Below, in pieces: positions 16,647 through 25,394 of a stretch of 32,000 nt of DNA (position 1 is its first letter; each line of letters opens with the position of its first letter). The position numbers and the translations under genes are program-made. The notes below the pieces were generated by a model, which saw only the letters and a program-made list of their open reading frames with translations, was not told where the DNA came from and ran no database searches. Source of the DNA: Aliarcobacter cibarius (GTDB taxonomy: Bacteria; Campylobacterota; Campylobacteria; Campylobacterales; Arcobacteraceae); assembly GCF_013372265.1 (NCBI RefSeq), contig NZ_CP054051.1:972587-1004586 (forward strand), in the 5' to 3' direction.

Positions 16647-17093
16647 GTGCATATATTAGAACAAACTAGTTTAATAGATTGTACAGTTGAAGAGTTATTT
16701 AACTTTCATCTAGATACTAATAATATTAAATTAATTACCCCAAAACATACAAAAGTAGAACTTCTTAATTATGAAGACAAAACATATGAAGGTAAGTTAG
16801 TAAAGTTAAAAACTACAAGAGCTTTCATACCAATATATTGGATAGTAAAAATAGATAAGTTACAATATCCAAATTTATTAGTAGATGTAGCTCTTAAATC
16901 ACCATTTGCTTATTGGGAACATAGTCATATATTTACACAAAAAGAAACTAAGTGTGAATTAAAAGATGTTATTAAATTTGAGTTACCATTTGGAATATTT
17001 GGAAAAATATTGGCACCTTTGGTTAAAAAAGATATTAAAAATATGTTTGAATATAGACATTTTCAAACAAAGAAATATTTTGCTGAAAAGTAG
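16647..17093 (+). CDS. SRPBCC-superfamily (START/cyclase-like, COG4276-type) small protein
   Basis: 148 aa. GTG start behind a strong AGGAGGG RBS. The blocks PFAYWEHSHIF, DVIKFELPFGIFGKIL and FEYRHFQTKKYF match my recollection of this family. Confidence 0.65.
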   Translation: MHILEQTSLIDCTVEELFNFHLDTNNIKLITPKHTKVELLNYEDKTYEGKLVKLKTTRAFIPIYWIVKIDKLQYPNLLVDVALKSPFAYWEHSHIFTQKETKCELKDVIKFELPFGIFGKILAPLVKKDIKNMFEYRHFQTKKYFAEK

Positions 17094-17104
17094 AAAGGTT
17101 GTTT

Positions 17105-17641
17105 ATGAAAATTATATTAAGTGCGTTGTTTTTTATTACATTTTTATTTGGAGAAAATAGTATGAGTATATATGATATTGAAGTAAAAGATATAAATGGT
17201 AAAGTTGTAAGCATGTCAAAATATAAAAACAAAGTTATGCTTATTGTAAATGTTGCTAGTAAATGTGGTTTTACTAATCAGTATGAGGGATTAGAAGAGT
17301 TACATAAAAAACATTCAAATAAAGGTTTAGCAGTTTTAGGATTTCCATGTAATCAGTTTTTATCTCAAGAACCAGGAACTGAAGAGCAAATTAAAGAGTT
17401 TTGTTCTTTAACTTATGGTGTTGAGTTTGATATGTTTAGTAAAATTGATGTAAATGGTGAAAATACTCATCCTTTATATAAATTCTTGAAAGAAAATTCA
17501 AAAGGTGTTTTGGGAACAGAAGCTATAAAATGGAATTTTACAAAGTTTTTAGTTGATAAAAATGGTAATGTTGTAAAAAGATATGCTCCAAGTACTACAC
17601 CCAAAGAAATTGAAGCAGATATTATAAATTTATTAAAATAA
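17105..17641 (+). CDS. Glutathione peroxidase family (Cys-type), with signal peptide
   Basis: NVASKCGFT (active-site codon TGT at 17264-17266), LGFPCNQF, WNFTKFLVD. The track ORF starts at TTG 17099, but ATG 17105 sits 6 nt after AAAGG. Confidence 0.92.
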   Translation: MKIILSALFFITFLFGENSMSIYDIEVKDINGKVVSMSKYKNKVMLIVNVASKCGFTNQYEGLEELHKKHSNKGLAVLGFPCNQFLSQEPGTEEQIKEFCSLTYGVEFDMFSKIDVNGENTHPLYKFLKENSKGVLGTEAIKWNFTKFLVDKNGNVVKRYAPSTTPKEIEADIINLLK

Positions 17642-17648
17642 ATTAGAA

Positions 17649-17688
17649 AAATTAACTGTCAAGTATAATTTTATTTGACAGTTAATTT
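17649..17688 (+). terminator. Stem-loop terminator candidate (14-bp perfect stem)
   Basis: AAATTAACTGTCAA-N12-TTGACAGTTAATTT, 8 nt after the peroxidase stop codon. Confidence 0.6.
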
Positions 17689-17735
17689 AATAAAAATGTA
17701 ACTTTTTTGTTATTATTCTAGAGTATAATTTTGTT

Positions 17736-19112
17736 ATGAAAGAAAAAGTATATGTATTAGATACAAATATCATCTTACAAAATCTTCAAAATCTCTACAA
17801 AATATCAGACAATAAAACTAACCACATTGTTATACCTGAAACTGTACTTCTTGAACTAGAGGATAAAAAGAAGTTAGTTAATGAATTGGGTTACTATTCA
17901 AGAGAGTTTGCAAGATTATTAGCAAAGATGAAAATAAAAGAGGTTGATTATAAAACTGGATTTAAAGTTGTAAAACTTTATGATGAAGAACTAAATCTTG
18001 ATATTGTCTCAAAAGATAAGTATGAAACGCAAATTGAACAAATACATATTTCTGAATCAAATGATAAAAGAATTATCGAAGTAGCTTCTATTGCTCAAGA
18101 CTACTACAAAGGTTGTAAAACTATTTTTCTATCTTTAGATGTTTATGCTAGAACTTTTGCATTATTTAAAGGAATTAAAACAGAAACTTTACACGATGAT
18201 AAATCAACTGTTCCAAAATTTAATTTTGTAAAAAGTCTAAAAATAGATTCTTCAAAATTCAATAGTTTAGAGAATAAAGACATCTCATCTATAGATGAAA
18301 ATCATGAAATTGAGAATTTTTCATACTCTTTTGAAAGTGATGATGGAAATGTAGAATATGCAATCATTACAAATGGTAAAATCGATATTTTAAAAGAGAC
18401 AGATTTTAAAGCTTTAAATGTTAAACCTGTAAATTTAAAACAAAAACTTTTTACCAAAGCAATTTTAAGTGATATGTACGATTTACTTGTAATTGATGCA
18501 AAAGCTGGAAGCGGAAAAACTTTGATGTCCATTGTTAGTGCTATGAGATTGATTGATTTAGGATTATATGACAAAATTGTATATGTTAGAAATTCTATTG
18601 AATCATTGGATAAAGGTGCTGAGGTTGGATTTTTAGCAGGAAATGATGAAAAATTTAGAATTTATAATATGGCTTTATATGATACATTAGAATTTATTGC
18701 TAAAAAACATTTAAAAAAGAGCGAAAATAGAGAAAAACAAGAGTCAATAACTTCAAAGATTGAAGAGTTAAAAGCTAAATATTGTATGGAGACTTTATGG
18801 CCTGGAGAAGCAAGAGGACGAACTTTAAGTAGTTCAATTGTAATTATGGATGAGTGGCAAAATAGTAGTGAAAAAACTACTCAATTGATTCTTTCAAGAT
18901 TAGATGAGAGTTGTATGGCTATAATTATTGGTTCAAATAGACAAATAGACAATTTATATTTAAATAAATATAATAATGGTTTAACAACTCTTTTAAAACA
19001 GACTTCACAAACTCATAGTGAACTTAAAATGTTTGCAATAGAGCTTGAAAAAGCGGTTCGTGGTAAGTTTGCAGAGTTTACAGAAAGAATTTTTGAAAAC
19101 AAAAATCAATAA
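17736..19112 (+). CDS. PhoH2/YlaK-type protein: N-terminal PIN nuclease domain fused to PhoH-like ATPase
   Basis: PIN start KVYVLDTNIIL..IPETVLLELE..NDKRII. PhoH domain Walker A DAKAGSGKT, Walker B IVIMDEWQN, and a C-terminal RGKF block. Confidence 0.88.
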   Translation: MKEKVYVLDTNIILQNLQNLYKISDNKTNHIVIPETVLLELEDKKKLVNELGYYSREFARLLAKMKIKEVDYKTGFKVVKLYDEELNLDIVSKDKYETQIEQIHISESNDKRIIEVASIAQDYYKGCKTIFLSLDVYARTFALFKGIKTETLHDDKSTVPKFNFVKSLKIDSSKFNSLENKDISSIDENHEIENFSYSFESDDGNVEYAIITNGKIDILKETDFKALNVKPVNLKQKLFTKAILSDMYDLLVIDAKAGSGKTLMSIVSAMRLIDLGLYDKIVYVRNSIESLDKGAEVGFLAGNDEKFRIYNMALYDTLEFIAKKHLKKSENREKQESITSKIEELKAKYCMETLWPGEARGRTLSSSIVIMDEWQNSSEKTTQLILSRLDESCMAIIIGSNRQIDNLYLNKYNNGLTTLLKQTSQTHSELKMFAIELEKAVRGKFAEFTERIFENKNQ

Positions 19113-20799
19113 AGGATTAAATATACAAAATAGACTTATAAATGATACTATTTACAATCACATTGAATATACAAAACTTGAAGATAAAATTCTTCAAACA
19201 AAGATTGTAAATAGATTACAATTTATCACTCAAAATGCGCTAGCATATTTTTCATATCCATCAATAACTACAAAAAGATTCATTCATAGTTTAGGAACTA
19301 TGCATTTAAGTTCATTTTTGTTTAAAAATGCTCTTTTAAATGCTGATAAAAAAACAAAAAATAATTTCTTATCAAGTTTAAAAAACACAATAGTTGCAAT
19401 AATTATAGAAGAGAATTTAAAACTTACTTTTGATGATATGGATTATTTTGATAATAAAGCATTGTATCAATTTACAATACCAACAAAATCAAAATCTCAA
19501 AGAGCAACTTATACTATTTTTTTACAAACTATAAGAATAGTTGCTCTGCTTCATGATGTTGGGCATCTTCCATTTTCTCATCAAGTTGAATATGCTTTAA
19601 AAAAAGTTTATCAAAAAATAAAATTAAAAAAAGAAAATAAAGAAGAACTTTTCGAAAAAGAGTTGAGATTTAAAAGTAATTATGAAGAGATTACAAATTA
19701 TGGTAAAGATGTTTTACATGAAGCAATAGGAGAAAATCTTTTAAAGCTACTTTTTGATTATGAGTTAGAGGAGTTGATTTCTAAAGAGTATGAAAAAGAG
19801 TATTTAAAACTGATTAAAAGATTGGCTATTTTGATTTTAGAAGAACAAACTTTTGAAAATTTTGATTTCAAAGTTTTACATAATTTTATAGATAGCACAG
19901 TTGATGCTGATAGATTAGATTATATAAATAGAGATATGCTTGCAAGTGGATATATTACAGGACCAAATGATCATATTAGAATCACAAAACAAGCAGTTTT
20001 AGTAGAAAAAGATTGCGCTTTTTATTTAAGTTTTTATGATATGAGTTTAATTGATATTGAGCATATGTTAGAGATGAGGTTTAATCTTTATAAAAAAGTT
20101 ATTTTTAATCATGGAATTGCAAAAACAGATACTTTACTTGAAACTGTAGTTCAATATTTAGCTAGTAAATATTTTGAAAATGAGAATGAAGAAGAGAAAC
20201 TTTCAAATTCAATTTCTATGCTTTGGAATTTTAAAAATATAAATAAACAAAAAGAGTTAGATACTATTTCAATGCTTGATGAAAATTGGTTAATTTCATT
20301 ATTTAAAAATAGATATTTTGATATAAAAAATAAAGATATTCTATCAAAAGAAGATATGAAATATATGTATTGTTTTGAAGAAGTTTTATTTGGCAAAAGA
20401 AGATTTAGAAGTCCTTGGAAAAACTTAAACGAGTTTTATAAAGTTCTTGATTTTACTACTGTAGAGAGATATAAATTTAGAGAAAGTTTTGGTTATATAA
20501 CTCCAAATAGATTAAACAAACTACAATTTGCCTTAGATAATATTATAAAAAAATATGAAGAAGATGAACTATTTTTTGAGTATCAAATAGTATCTTTCAA
20601 TTTGGGAATTTCAAAAGATTTTTATTTGTATGATGGAGATGAGTTAATAAATATAGATGAAATATCTACTTTAAGAAAAAGGTTAAAATATTCTATGAGA
20701 AATACAGTTCCTTTTTATCTTTATTCAAATAAAAAGACATTATCGCCTGAAATGAAAGTAGATTTAAAAGAAATGTTGTTTGATATATTTGAGAAATAG
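19045..20799 (+). CDS. HD-domain phosphohydrolase, SAMHD1/dNTP-triphosphohydrolase-like, with ~200-aa C-terminal extension (start uncertain)
   Basis: RLQFITQ, HSLGTMHL, ALLHDVGHLPFSHQVE and DADRLDYINRD are the H..HD..D set of the SAMHD1/EF1143-like family. There is no ATG in the first ~80 codons. In-frame TTG 19045, GTG 19060, TTG 19069 and TTG 19093 all overlap the PhoH2 3' end (stop 19110-19112). An AGGA at 19113-19116 precedes only ATA 19123. Confidence 0.8.
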   Translation: MKKRFVVSLQSLQKEFLKTKINKGLNIQNRLINDTIYNHIEYTKLEDKILQTKIVNRLQFITQNALAYFSYPSITTKRFIHSLGTMHLSSFLFKNALLNADKKTKNNFLSSLKNTIVAIIIEENLKLTFDDMDYFDNKALYQFTIPTKSKSQRATYTIFLQTIRIVALLHDVGHLPFSHQVEYALKKVYQKIKLKKENKEELFEKELRFKSNYEEITNYGKDVLHEAIGENLLKLLFDYELEELISKEYEKEYLKLIKRLAILILEEQTFENFDFKVLHNFIDSTVDADRLDYINRDMLASGYITGPNDHIRITKQAVLVEKDCAFYLSFYDMSLIDIEHMLEMRFNLYKKVIFNHGIAKTDTLLETVVQYLASKYFENENEEEKLSNSISMLWNFKNINKQKELDTISMLDENWLISLFKNRYFDIKNKDILSKEDMKYMYCFEEVLFGKRRFRSPWKNLNEFYKVLDFTTVERYKFRESFGYITPNRLNKLQFALDNIIKKYEEDELFFEYQIVSFNLGISKDFYLYDGDELINIDEISTLRKRLKYSMRNTVPFYLYSNKKTLSPEMKVDLKEMLFDIFEK

Positions 20800-20866
20800 T
20801 TCTTTTTGGAATTTCTCTTTTAAAATCTATTTGATATAATATTTTAAGTAATTTATAGGATAGAAA

Positions 20867-21685
20867 ATGAAAGATTTCTTCTCGATGATATCTTTGCTTT
20901 TTAGACCTTTTTTTGGAGGAACTTTAGAAGAAGGAATAAAAGCTTATGATGAGTTTGATTATATAAAAGCTTTTAAAATTTTTCAGAAATTTGCAAGTCA
21001 AAATAATTCAACTGCACAATACTATTTAGGAAAAATGTATGAAAAAGCTGATTTTGTTGATAAAGATATAAGTCAAGCTATTTGTTATTTCCAAGAAGCT
21101 TCAAAAAATAATCATGCAGATGCAGCATTTGCTCTAGGAATGATTTATCATAGAGGAAAAGATGTACCAAAAGATGATGATTTAGCAAAAGATTATTTTG
21201 ATTTAGCAATTGTAAATGGAAATATTGAAGCAAAAAAAATAATGAAATTATTTGAAGAAAGTGAAGTAATTTACTCTTTAAGAGATGGAATAGAACTTTT
21301 CAAAAAAGAGGAGTTTTTAAAAGCTTTAGATATTTTTAAAGCTCTTGCGAAGAAAAATGATACAGATGCGCTATTTTATATTGGATATATTTGTGAATAT
21401 TTTGATTTTGAAGGTAAACCTGATAATATTGAACCTTTTGAACTCTTTTTAATATCTGCAAATAACGGGAATAGAAATGCTCAATATGAGATGGGACTTC
21501 AAGCTTATTATAAAGATAAATATGAAGAAGCTGTTTCTTGGTATGAAAAAGCTGCAAAACAGGGCTTAAAAGATGCTCAAAAGAATTTATCGACTATGTA
21601 TGAGTTAGGTTATGGTGTTAAAAAAGATTTAGAAATGGCTAAATTTTGGATGAAAGAATTTTTGAATAATAAAGAGGAAGTATGA
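20867..21685 (+). CDS. Sel1-like repeat (SLR/TPR-type, Hcp-like) protein
   Basis: 272 aa with repeated A..YYLGKMYEKA...D...A..YF..A blocks (AQYYLGKMY, AAFALGMIYHRGKDVPKD, AQKNLSTMYELGYGVKKD). Confidence 0.85.
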   Translation: MKDFFSMISLLFRPFFGGTLEEGIKAYDEFDYIKAFKIFQKFASQNNSTAQYYLGKMYEKADFVDKDISQAICYFQEASKNNHADAAFALGMIYHRGKDVPKDDDLAKDYFDLAIVNGNIEAKKIMKLFEESEVIYSLRDGIELFKKEEFLKALDIFKALAKKNDTDALFYIGYICEYFDFEGKPDNIEPFELFLISANNGNRNAQYEMGLQAYYKDKYEEAVSWYEKAAKQGLKDAQKNLSTMYELGYGVKKDLEMAKFWMKEFLNNKEEV

Positions 21686-22185
21686 AAAAAATAGTTTTAT
21701 TTTTTATTTTAGTTAAAAGTTTGTACGCAGAAAATTTTAATGATGTAACAAAAGCGTTAGAAAAAGATGATTATAAAAATGCTTATACAATTTTAAAAAG
21801 TTTAGAAAATAAACAAGATAAAAATGTGTTATTTGAGTTAGCAAGACTATATGATTATGGTTGTTGGGTTCGTCAAAATATTAGTGAAGCTGTAAAGTAT
21901 TATAAAAAAGCTGCGGCTTTAGGACATGTTGAAGCAAAGTATAATTTGGGAATTATCTATTATTTAGGTGAAGATAATTTAAAAAATTCAGATGGTAAAA
22001 TTACAGCTTGTAACAAATATATGGATGAAAAAGATGATATAAAACCTAGCTTAGCTGTTTTACAAGCTGATGATAAAGAGGCTTTAAATTGGTTCTTAAA
22101 AGCAAATAAAGAAGGACATAGTGAAGCAAAAAATTCAATTAATCTTATTTGTGATAGTAAACCAGAAATTTGTAAGCAAAAATAG
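21682..22185 (+). CDS. Secreted Sel1-like repeat protein
   Basis: Signal peptide MKKIVLFFILVKSLYA. SLR blocks LFELARLYDYGCWVRQNISEAVKYYKKAAALGHVEAKYNLGIIY. ATGA overlap with the upstream SLR gene. Confidence 0.85.
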   Translation: MKKIVLFFILVKSLYAENFNDVTKALEKDDYKNAYTILKSLENKQDKNVLFELARLYDYGCWVRQNISEAVKYYKKAAALGHVEAKYNLGIIYYLGEDNLKNSDGKITACNKYMDEKDDIKPSLAVLQADDKEALNWFLKANKEGHSEAKNSINLICDSKPEICKQK

Positions 22186-22277
22186 ATTTTTGCTTAACAA
22201 ATTATAATAGGTGAACTACTTCTTGGAATTACTTCTCCAATAATTTTTGCATATCCAAAACTAAGTTCTTCAAGTTC
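22101..22277. repeat. Direct repeat copy 1 (176/177 bp, identical to 25671-25847)
   Basis: My base-by-base comparison of the printed sequence found no mismatch. It covers the last 85 nt of the SLR gene, the 8-bp spacer and a duplicate of the last 84 nt of selD. Confidence 0.95.
22194..22277 (-). pseudogene. Duplicated 3' fragment of selD (last 28 codons, no 5' part)
   Basis: The minus strand reads ELEELSFGYAKIIGEVIPRSSSPIIIC*, identical to the true selD end at 25764-25847. Upstream it runs into the element terminus, with an in-frame stop. Confidence 0.9.
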
Positions 22278-22420
22278 CTGACTTCATCACTTTTTCATAA
22301 TTATTAAAAAAATGGTCTCAAAAACTCGAATTCATGGGCCTCTAATTTTAAAATTGGGTGACCCACGATATAATTTTATATGTTTATACGTAAAATAAGA
22401 AGTTAAAATTGTAGTATTAT

Positions 22421-23881
22421 CCCGGATTTTGCAATAGGATATTCTTGGTATAAATTAATCTTATAATAATTACTAAATTTCTGGCACAAATAATCTAAAA
22501 TATCTTATTTATATTTATATGGCTTGGTGACTTGTTTTATATTTTCAAATAATCCATCCATCCAAGATCTTCTTTTCCTTGGAAGTGATATATTTAGTAC
22601 TTTTTCATTCTCATGATTTGTCATCCAAGATCCTAATGCAAAGCAATAGGATCTTAATGTTGAAAGTTGCATATTTGTTTGTAAAATTTGATGTTTAAAA
22701 AGTGCCATAATATTGTATGCCACCAGCATAAATCTATGAGCAGCTTCAGTTGCATAGAATTTATCAAGTGCAAAATTATCTAATCCAAAATCATATTTTA
22801 ATTCTTTGATTCTATTTTCTGCATCTGCTCTTGTATTATAAATATTATATACTTGATCAAGAGGAAGAGTAAGATTAGTAACATAAGCACTATATCTATA
22901 TGTAGGTTCATCAAATAGTAATTTACCTCCACTATTTGGATAGTTTTCAACTTTTTTTCTAACTAAAATATATCTTCTTGTATTATTAGTATTATTTGGT
23001 TTGAAATATAGTTCTGCTACATCTAAACCTTTAGTAATAGATGACCAATCTTCAATTGAGCCTATTTCATATTTAAAATTTTCATAGAACTTTACTGCTA
23101 TTACATAATTTAGATCTCTTTTTTCAAACCAAGATAAAAATTTATCACTATAAAATCCACTATCAGCTCTTACTAGTCCAACAGATTTATTTTTTAATAC
23201 TACATCAAATGTCTCTTCCAAAAATGCTTTATAATTATTTGTATCTGAAGTATTACCTGCTCTTAGCCATGCATTTGCAACCATCTTTGTTTGATCTACA
23301 AATGCCATTAAAGGATGATGAGATTTTCTTCCTTTTTTCTTTGGATTATATCCAATAGCACTTCTTTCTTGATTTCCATATCTTGTAATAACTGTTGAAT
23401 CTAAATCTATTGTTAGCTTTCCAACTTTAAACTGATCCATAAACCATTGTTGTAATTGTGGAAATATTTGTGAGTTTTTCTCAATATCAAATTTATAGAA
23501 AAATCTATTGTATGTACTACTTGAAGGAAGTTTATCTAGTTCAAATATTGATTGCAGTGTTGTATCATAACGAAGCCAATCTGTATGAGAAAATCTATTA
23601 CCACCTGTAATAATACTAAGCCAAAAACCTAATATTAAAATAGTTGGATCATATCCTCTATTTGAATTTGGTTGAGGAATATTTAGTTCATTTAAATAAG
23701 GTAATATTTGTAAGTGATCTATAAAATCTTTTAATAATTTCATACCTCCCCAAGGAGTTACTTTTTTATCTGAATAAGCAATTTTTAACTCACCCATTTG
23801 GTGATCCTTATAAATGAAGTTGTAGAGACTATTATATGCCAGTTTGTTTTAGATTATCATTTCTCTATTGAAAAATTTGGG
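22421..23881 (-). mobile_element. IS1380-family insertion sequence, copy A (1461 bp)
   Basis: IRs are CCCGGATTTTGCAATAG (22421-22437) and CTATTGAAAAATTTGGG (23865-23881), matching 14 of 17 positions. IRs start with CC, as in the IS1380 family. Flanked by the 5-bp direct repeat ATTAT (22416-22420 / 23882-23886). Confidence 0.85.
22505..23797 (-). CDS. IS1380-family DDE transposase (copy A)
   Basis: 430 aa. LTIDLDSTVITRYGNQERSAIGYNPKKKGRKSHHPLMAF, VRADSGFYS and YNTRADAENRIKELKYDFG parallel ISEcp1 ITIDIDSSVINVEGHQEGASKGYNPKK, RMDSGYF and YEKRGNAENYIKEAKYD. Confidence 0.88.
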   Translation of the reverse strand: MGELKIAYSDKKVTPWGGMKLLKDFIDHLQILPYLNELNIPQPNSNRGYDPTILILGFWLSIITGGNRFSHTDWLRYDTTLQSIFELDKLPSSSTYNRFFYKFDIEKNSQIFPQLQQWFMDQFKVGKLTIDLDSTVITRYGNQERSAIGYNPKKKGRKSHHPLMAFVDQTKMVANAWLRAGNTSDTNNYKAFLEETFDVVLKNKSVGLVRADSGFYSDKFLSWFEKRDLNYVIAVKFYENFKYEIGSIEDWSSITKGLDVAELYFKPNNTNNTRRYILVRKKVENYPNSGGKLLFDEPTYRYSAYVTNLTLPLDQVYNIYNTRADAENRIKELKYDFGLDNFALDKFYATEAAHRFMLVAYNIMALFKHQILQTNMQLSTLRSYCFALGSWMTNHENEKVLNISLPRKRRSWMDGLFENIKQVTKPYKYK

Positions 23882-23924
23882 ATTATTATTTAAATCTCAT
23901 AAAATAAATCAAAAATATAATTAT

Positions 23925-25394
23925 CCCAGATTATGCAATAGAAGAAGCAATAAAATATTTATTTATAACTAAAAGTTATAGATTTTCTCTGTAATTTTTA
24001 AGTATTTTTATTGAAAATTATCTATGTATACTTAAAGGGAATTTGACTTTGTTTTACGTTTTCAAATAAACCATTCATCCAAGTTCTTCTTTTTTGTGGA
24101 AGTGATATTTTTAGTACTTTTTGATTTGAATGTTCTGTTATCCAAGATCCTAATGCAAAGCAATAGGATCGTAGTGTTGAAAGCATCATATTTGAATTTA
24201 CTACTTCATGTTTAAAAAGTGCCATAATATTGTATGCCATCATAATAAATCTAAAAGAGGCTTCTGTGGCATAAAAATCTTTTAAGCAGAAGTTATCAGC
24301 TCCAAAATCATATTTAAGTTCTTTTATTCTATTTTCACAATCAGCTCTTGTGTTATATATATTATAAATTTGATCAACTGGCAGTTCAATATTAGTAACA
24401 TAAGCACTATATCTATATATAGGTTCATCGAATAGAAGTTTACCACCTGATTTTGGGTATTCTTCACTTAATTTTCTAACAATTATATATCTTCTTTCAC
24501 TTCCGTTATCAGGTTTAAATCTTAGGCTTGCTACATCAAGTCCTTTTGTGATTTTAATCCACTTAGTTATATTTCCAATGGTGTATTTTATATTTTCATA
24601 AAATTTTACAGCCACAATATAATTAATACCTCTTTTTTCAAACCATTCTAAGAATTCTTGTGAATAAAATCCACTATCTGCTCTTACAAGTCCAACTTTT
24701 TTATCTTTTAAGCATATATCAAATGTCTCATTTAAAAATGCGTCATAATTATTAAGTGAACTAGTATTACCACTTCTCATCCATGTATTTGCTATCATTT
24801 TTGTTTGATCTATAAATGCAATAATTGGATGATGTGAGTTTCTACCAGGTTTTTTAGGGTTATAACCTTTCTTAGCTCCTTCTTGTTCACCATATCTTGT
24901 TATTACTGTTGAATCTAAATCAATTGTTAGTGGTCCTACATCTAGTTGTGAAAGGAATTTTTGTTGTAATATTGGAAATATTTCAGAATTCTTTTCAATA
25001 TTAAATTTATGAAAAAATCTGCTATATGTTGATTGACTTGGCAATTTATCTATTTCAAATATTGTTTGTAATGTTGTATCATATCTTAACCAATCGGCAT
25101 GGATATATCTACTTGCTCCTGTAAATATAGCTAACCAAAATCCTTGAATAATATTTATTGGATCATATGCTCTATTTGAAAATCCAATAGGTAAATTTAC
25201 ACTTTTTAAATCTTCAATTACTCTTGTTTTATCTATAAAATTTTTTAATAATTTCATCCCACCAAATGGTGTAACTTTTTTATCAGAATACTCAATTTTT
25301 AATTCACCCATTTGGTGTTCCTTATGAATGCTTATGAAGTGTTATTTTATGGTACTTTATTTTAGATTCTTATTTAGCTATTGCATAATGCGGG
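23925..25394 (-). mobile_element. IS1380-family insertion sequence, copy B (1470 bp)
   Basis: IRs are CCCAGATTATGCAATAG (23925-23941) and CTATTGCATAATGCGGG (25378-25394), matching 15 of 17 positions. Also flanked by ATTAT (23920-23924 / 25395-25399). Confidence 0.85.
24022..25311 (-). CDS. IS1380-family DDE transposase (copy B, diverged paralogue of copy A)
   Basis: 429 aa. Same motif set (LTIDLDSTVITRYGEQEGAKKGYNPKKPGRNSHHPIIAF, VRADSGFYS, YNTRADCENRIKELKYDFG). By eye it is about two-thirds to three-quarters identical to copy A. Confidence 0.88.
   Translation of the reverse strand: MGELKIEYSDKKVTPFGGMKLLKNFIDKTRVIEDLKSVNLPIGFSNRAYDPINIIQGFWLAIFTGASRYIHADWLRYDTTLQTIFEIDKLPSQSTYSRFFHKFNIEKNSEIFPILQQKFLSQLDVGPLTIDLDSTVITRYGEQEGAKKGYNPKKPGRNSHHPIIAFIDQTKMIANTWMRSGNTSSLNNYDAFLNETFDICLKDKKVGLVRADSGFYSQEFLEWFEKRGINYIVAVKFYENIKYTIGNITKWIKITKGLDVASLRFKPDNGSERRYIIVRKLSEEYPKSGGKLLFDEPIYRYSAYVTNIELPVDQIYNIYNTRADCENRIKELKYDFGADNFCLKDFYATEASFRFIMMAYNIMALFKHEVVNSNMMLSTLRSYCFALGSWITEHSNQKVLKISLPQKRRTWMNGLFENVKQSQIPFKYT

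Noticed and set aside
16966-17232. ORFs 16966-17160 (+) and 17035-17232 (-)
   Set aside because: They overlap the well-supported SRPBCC and glutathione peroxidase genes in other frames or strands. No RBS or recognisable domain is present. These are typical shadow ORFs.
17264-17266. Glutathione peroxidase as a second selenoprotein in the window
   Set aside because: The active-site codon is TGT (Cys) in NVASKCGFT, and the ORF has no in-frame TGA.
18302-21557. Minus-strand ORFs 18302-18574, 20151-20396 and 21336-21557
   Set aside because: Each is fully embedded antisense in a motif-supported gene (PhoH2, HD protein, SLR protein). I consider them shadow ORFs.
20867-22185. A functional link between the Sel1-repeat proteins and the selenium genes
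   Set aside because: Sel1-like repeat is a structural (TPR-related) name derived from C. elegans sel-1. It has nothing to do with selenium, so the adjacency to selD is taken as coincidental.
22313-22402. A 29-codon ORF (MVSKTRIHGPLILKLGDPRYNFICLYVK) in the left arm of the composite element
   Set aside because: There is no RBS and it is very short. Its GC-rich segments coincide with the TGGGTGACCCA palindrome, which is better explained as a protein-binding or structural site.
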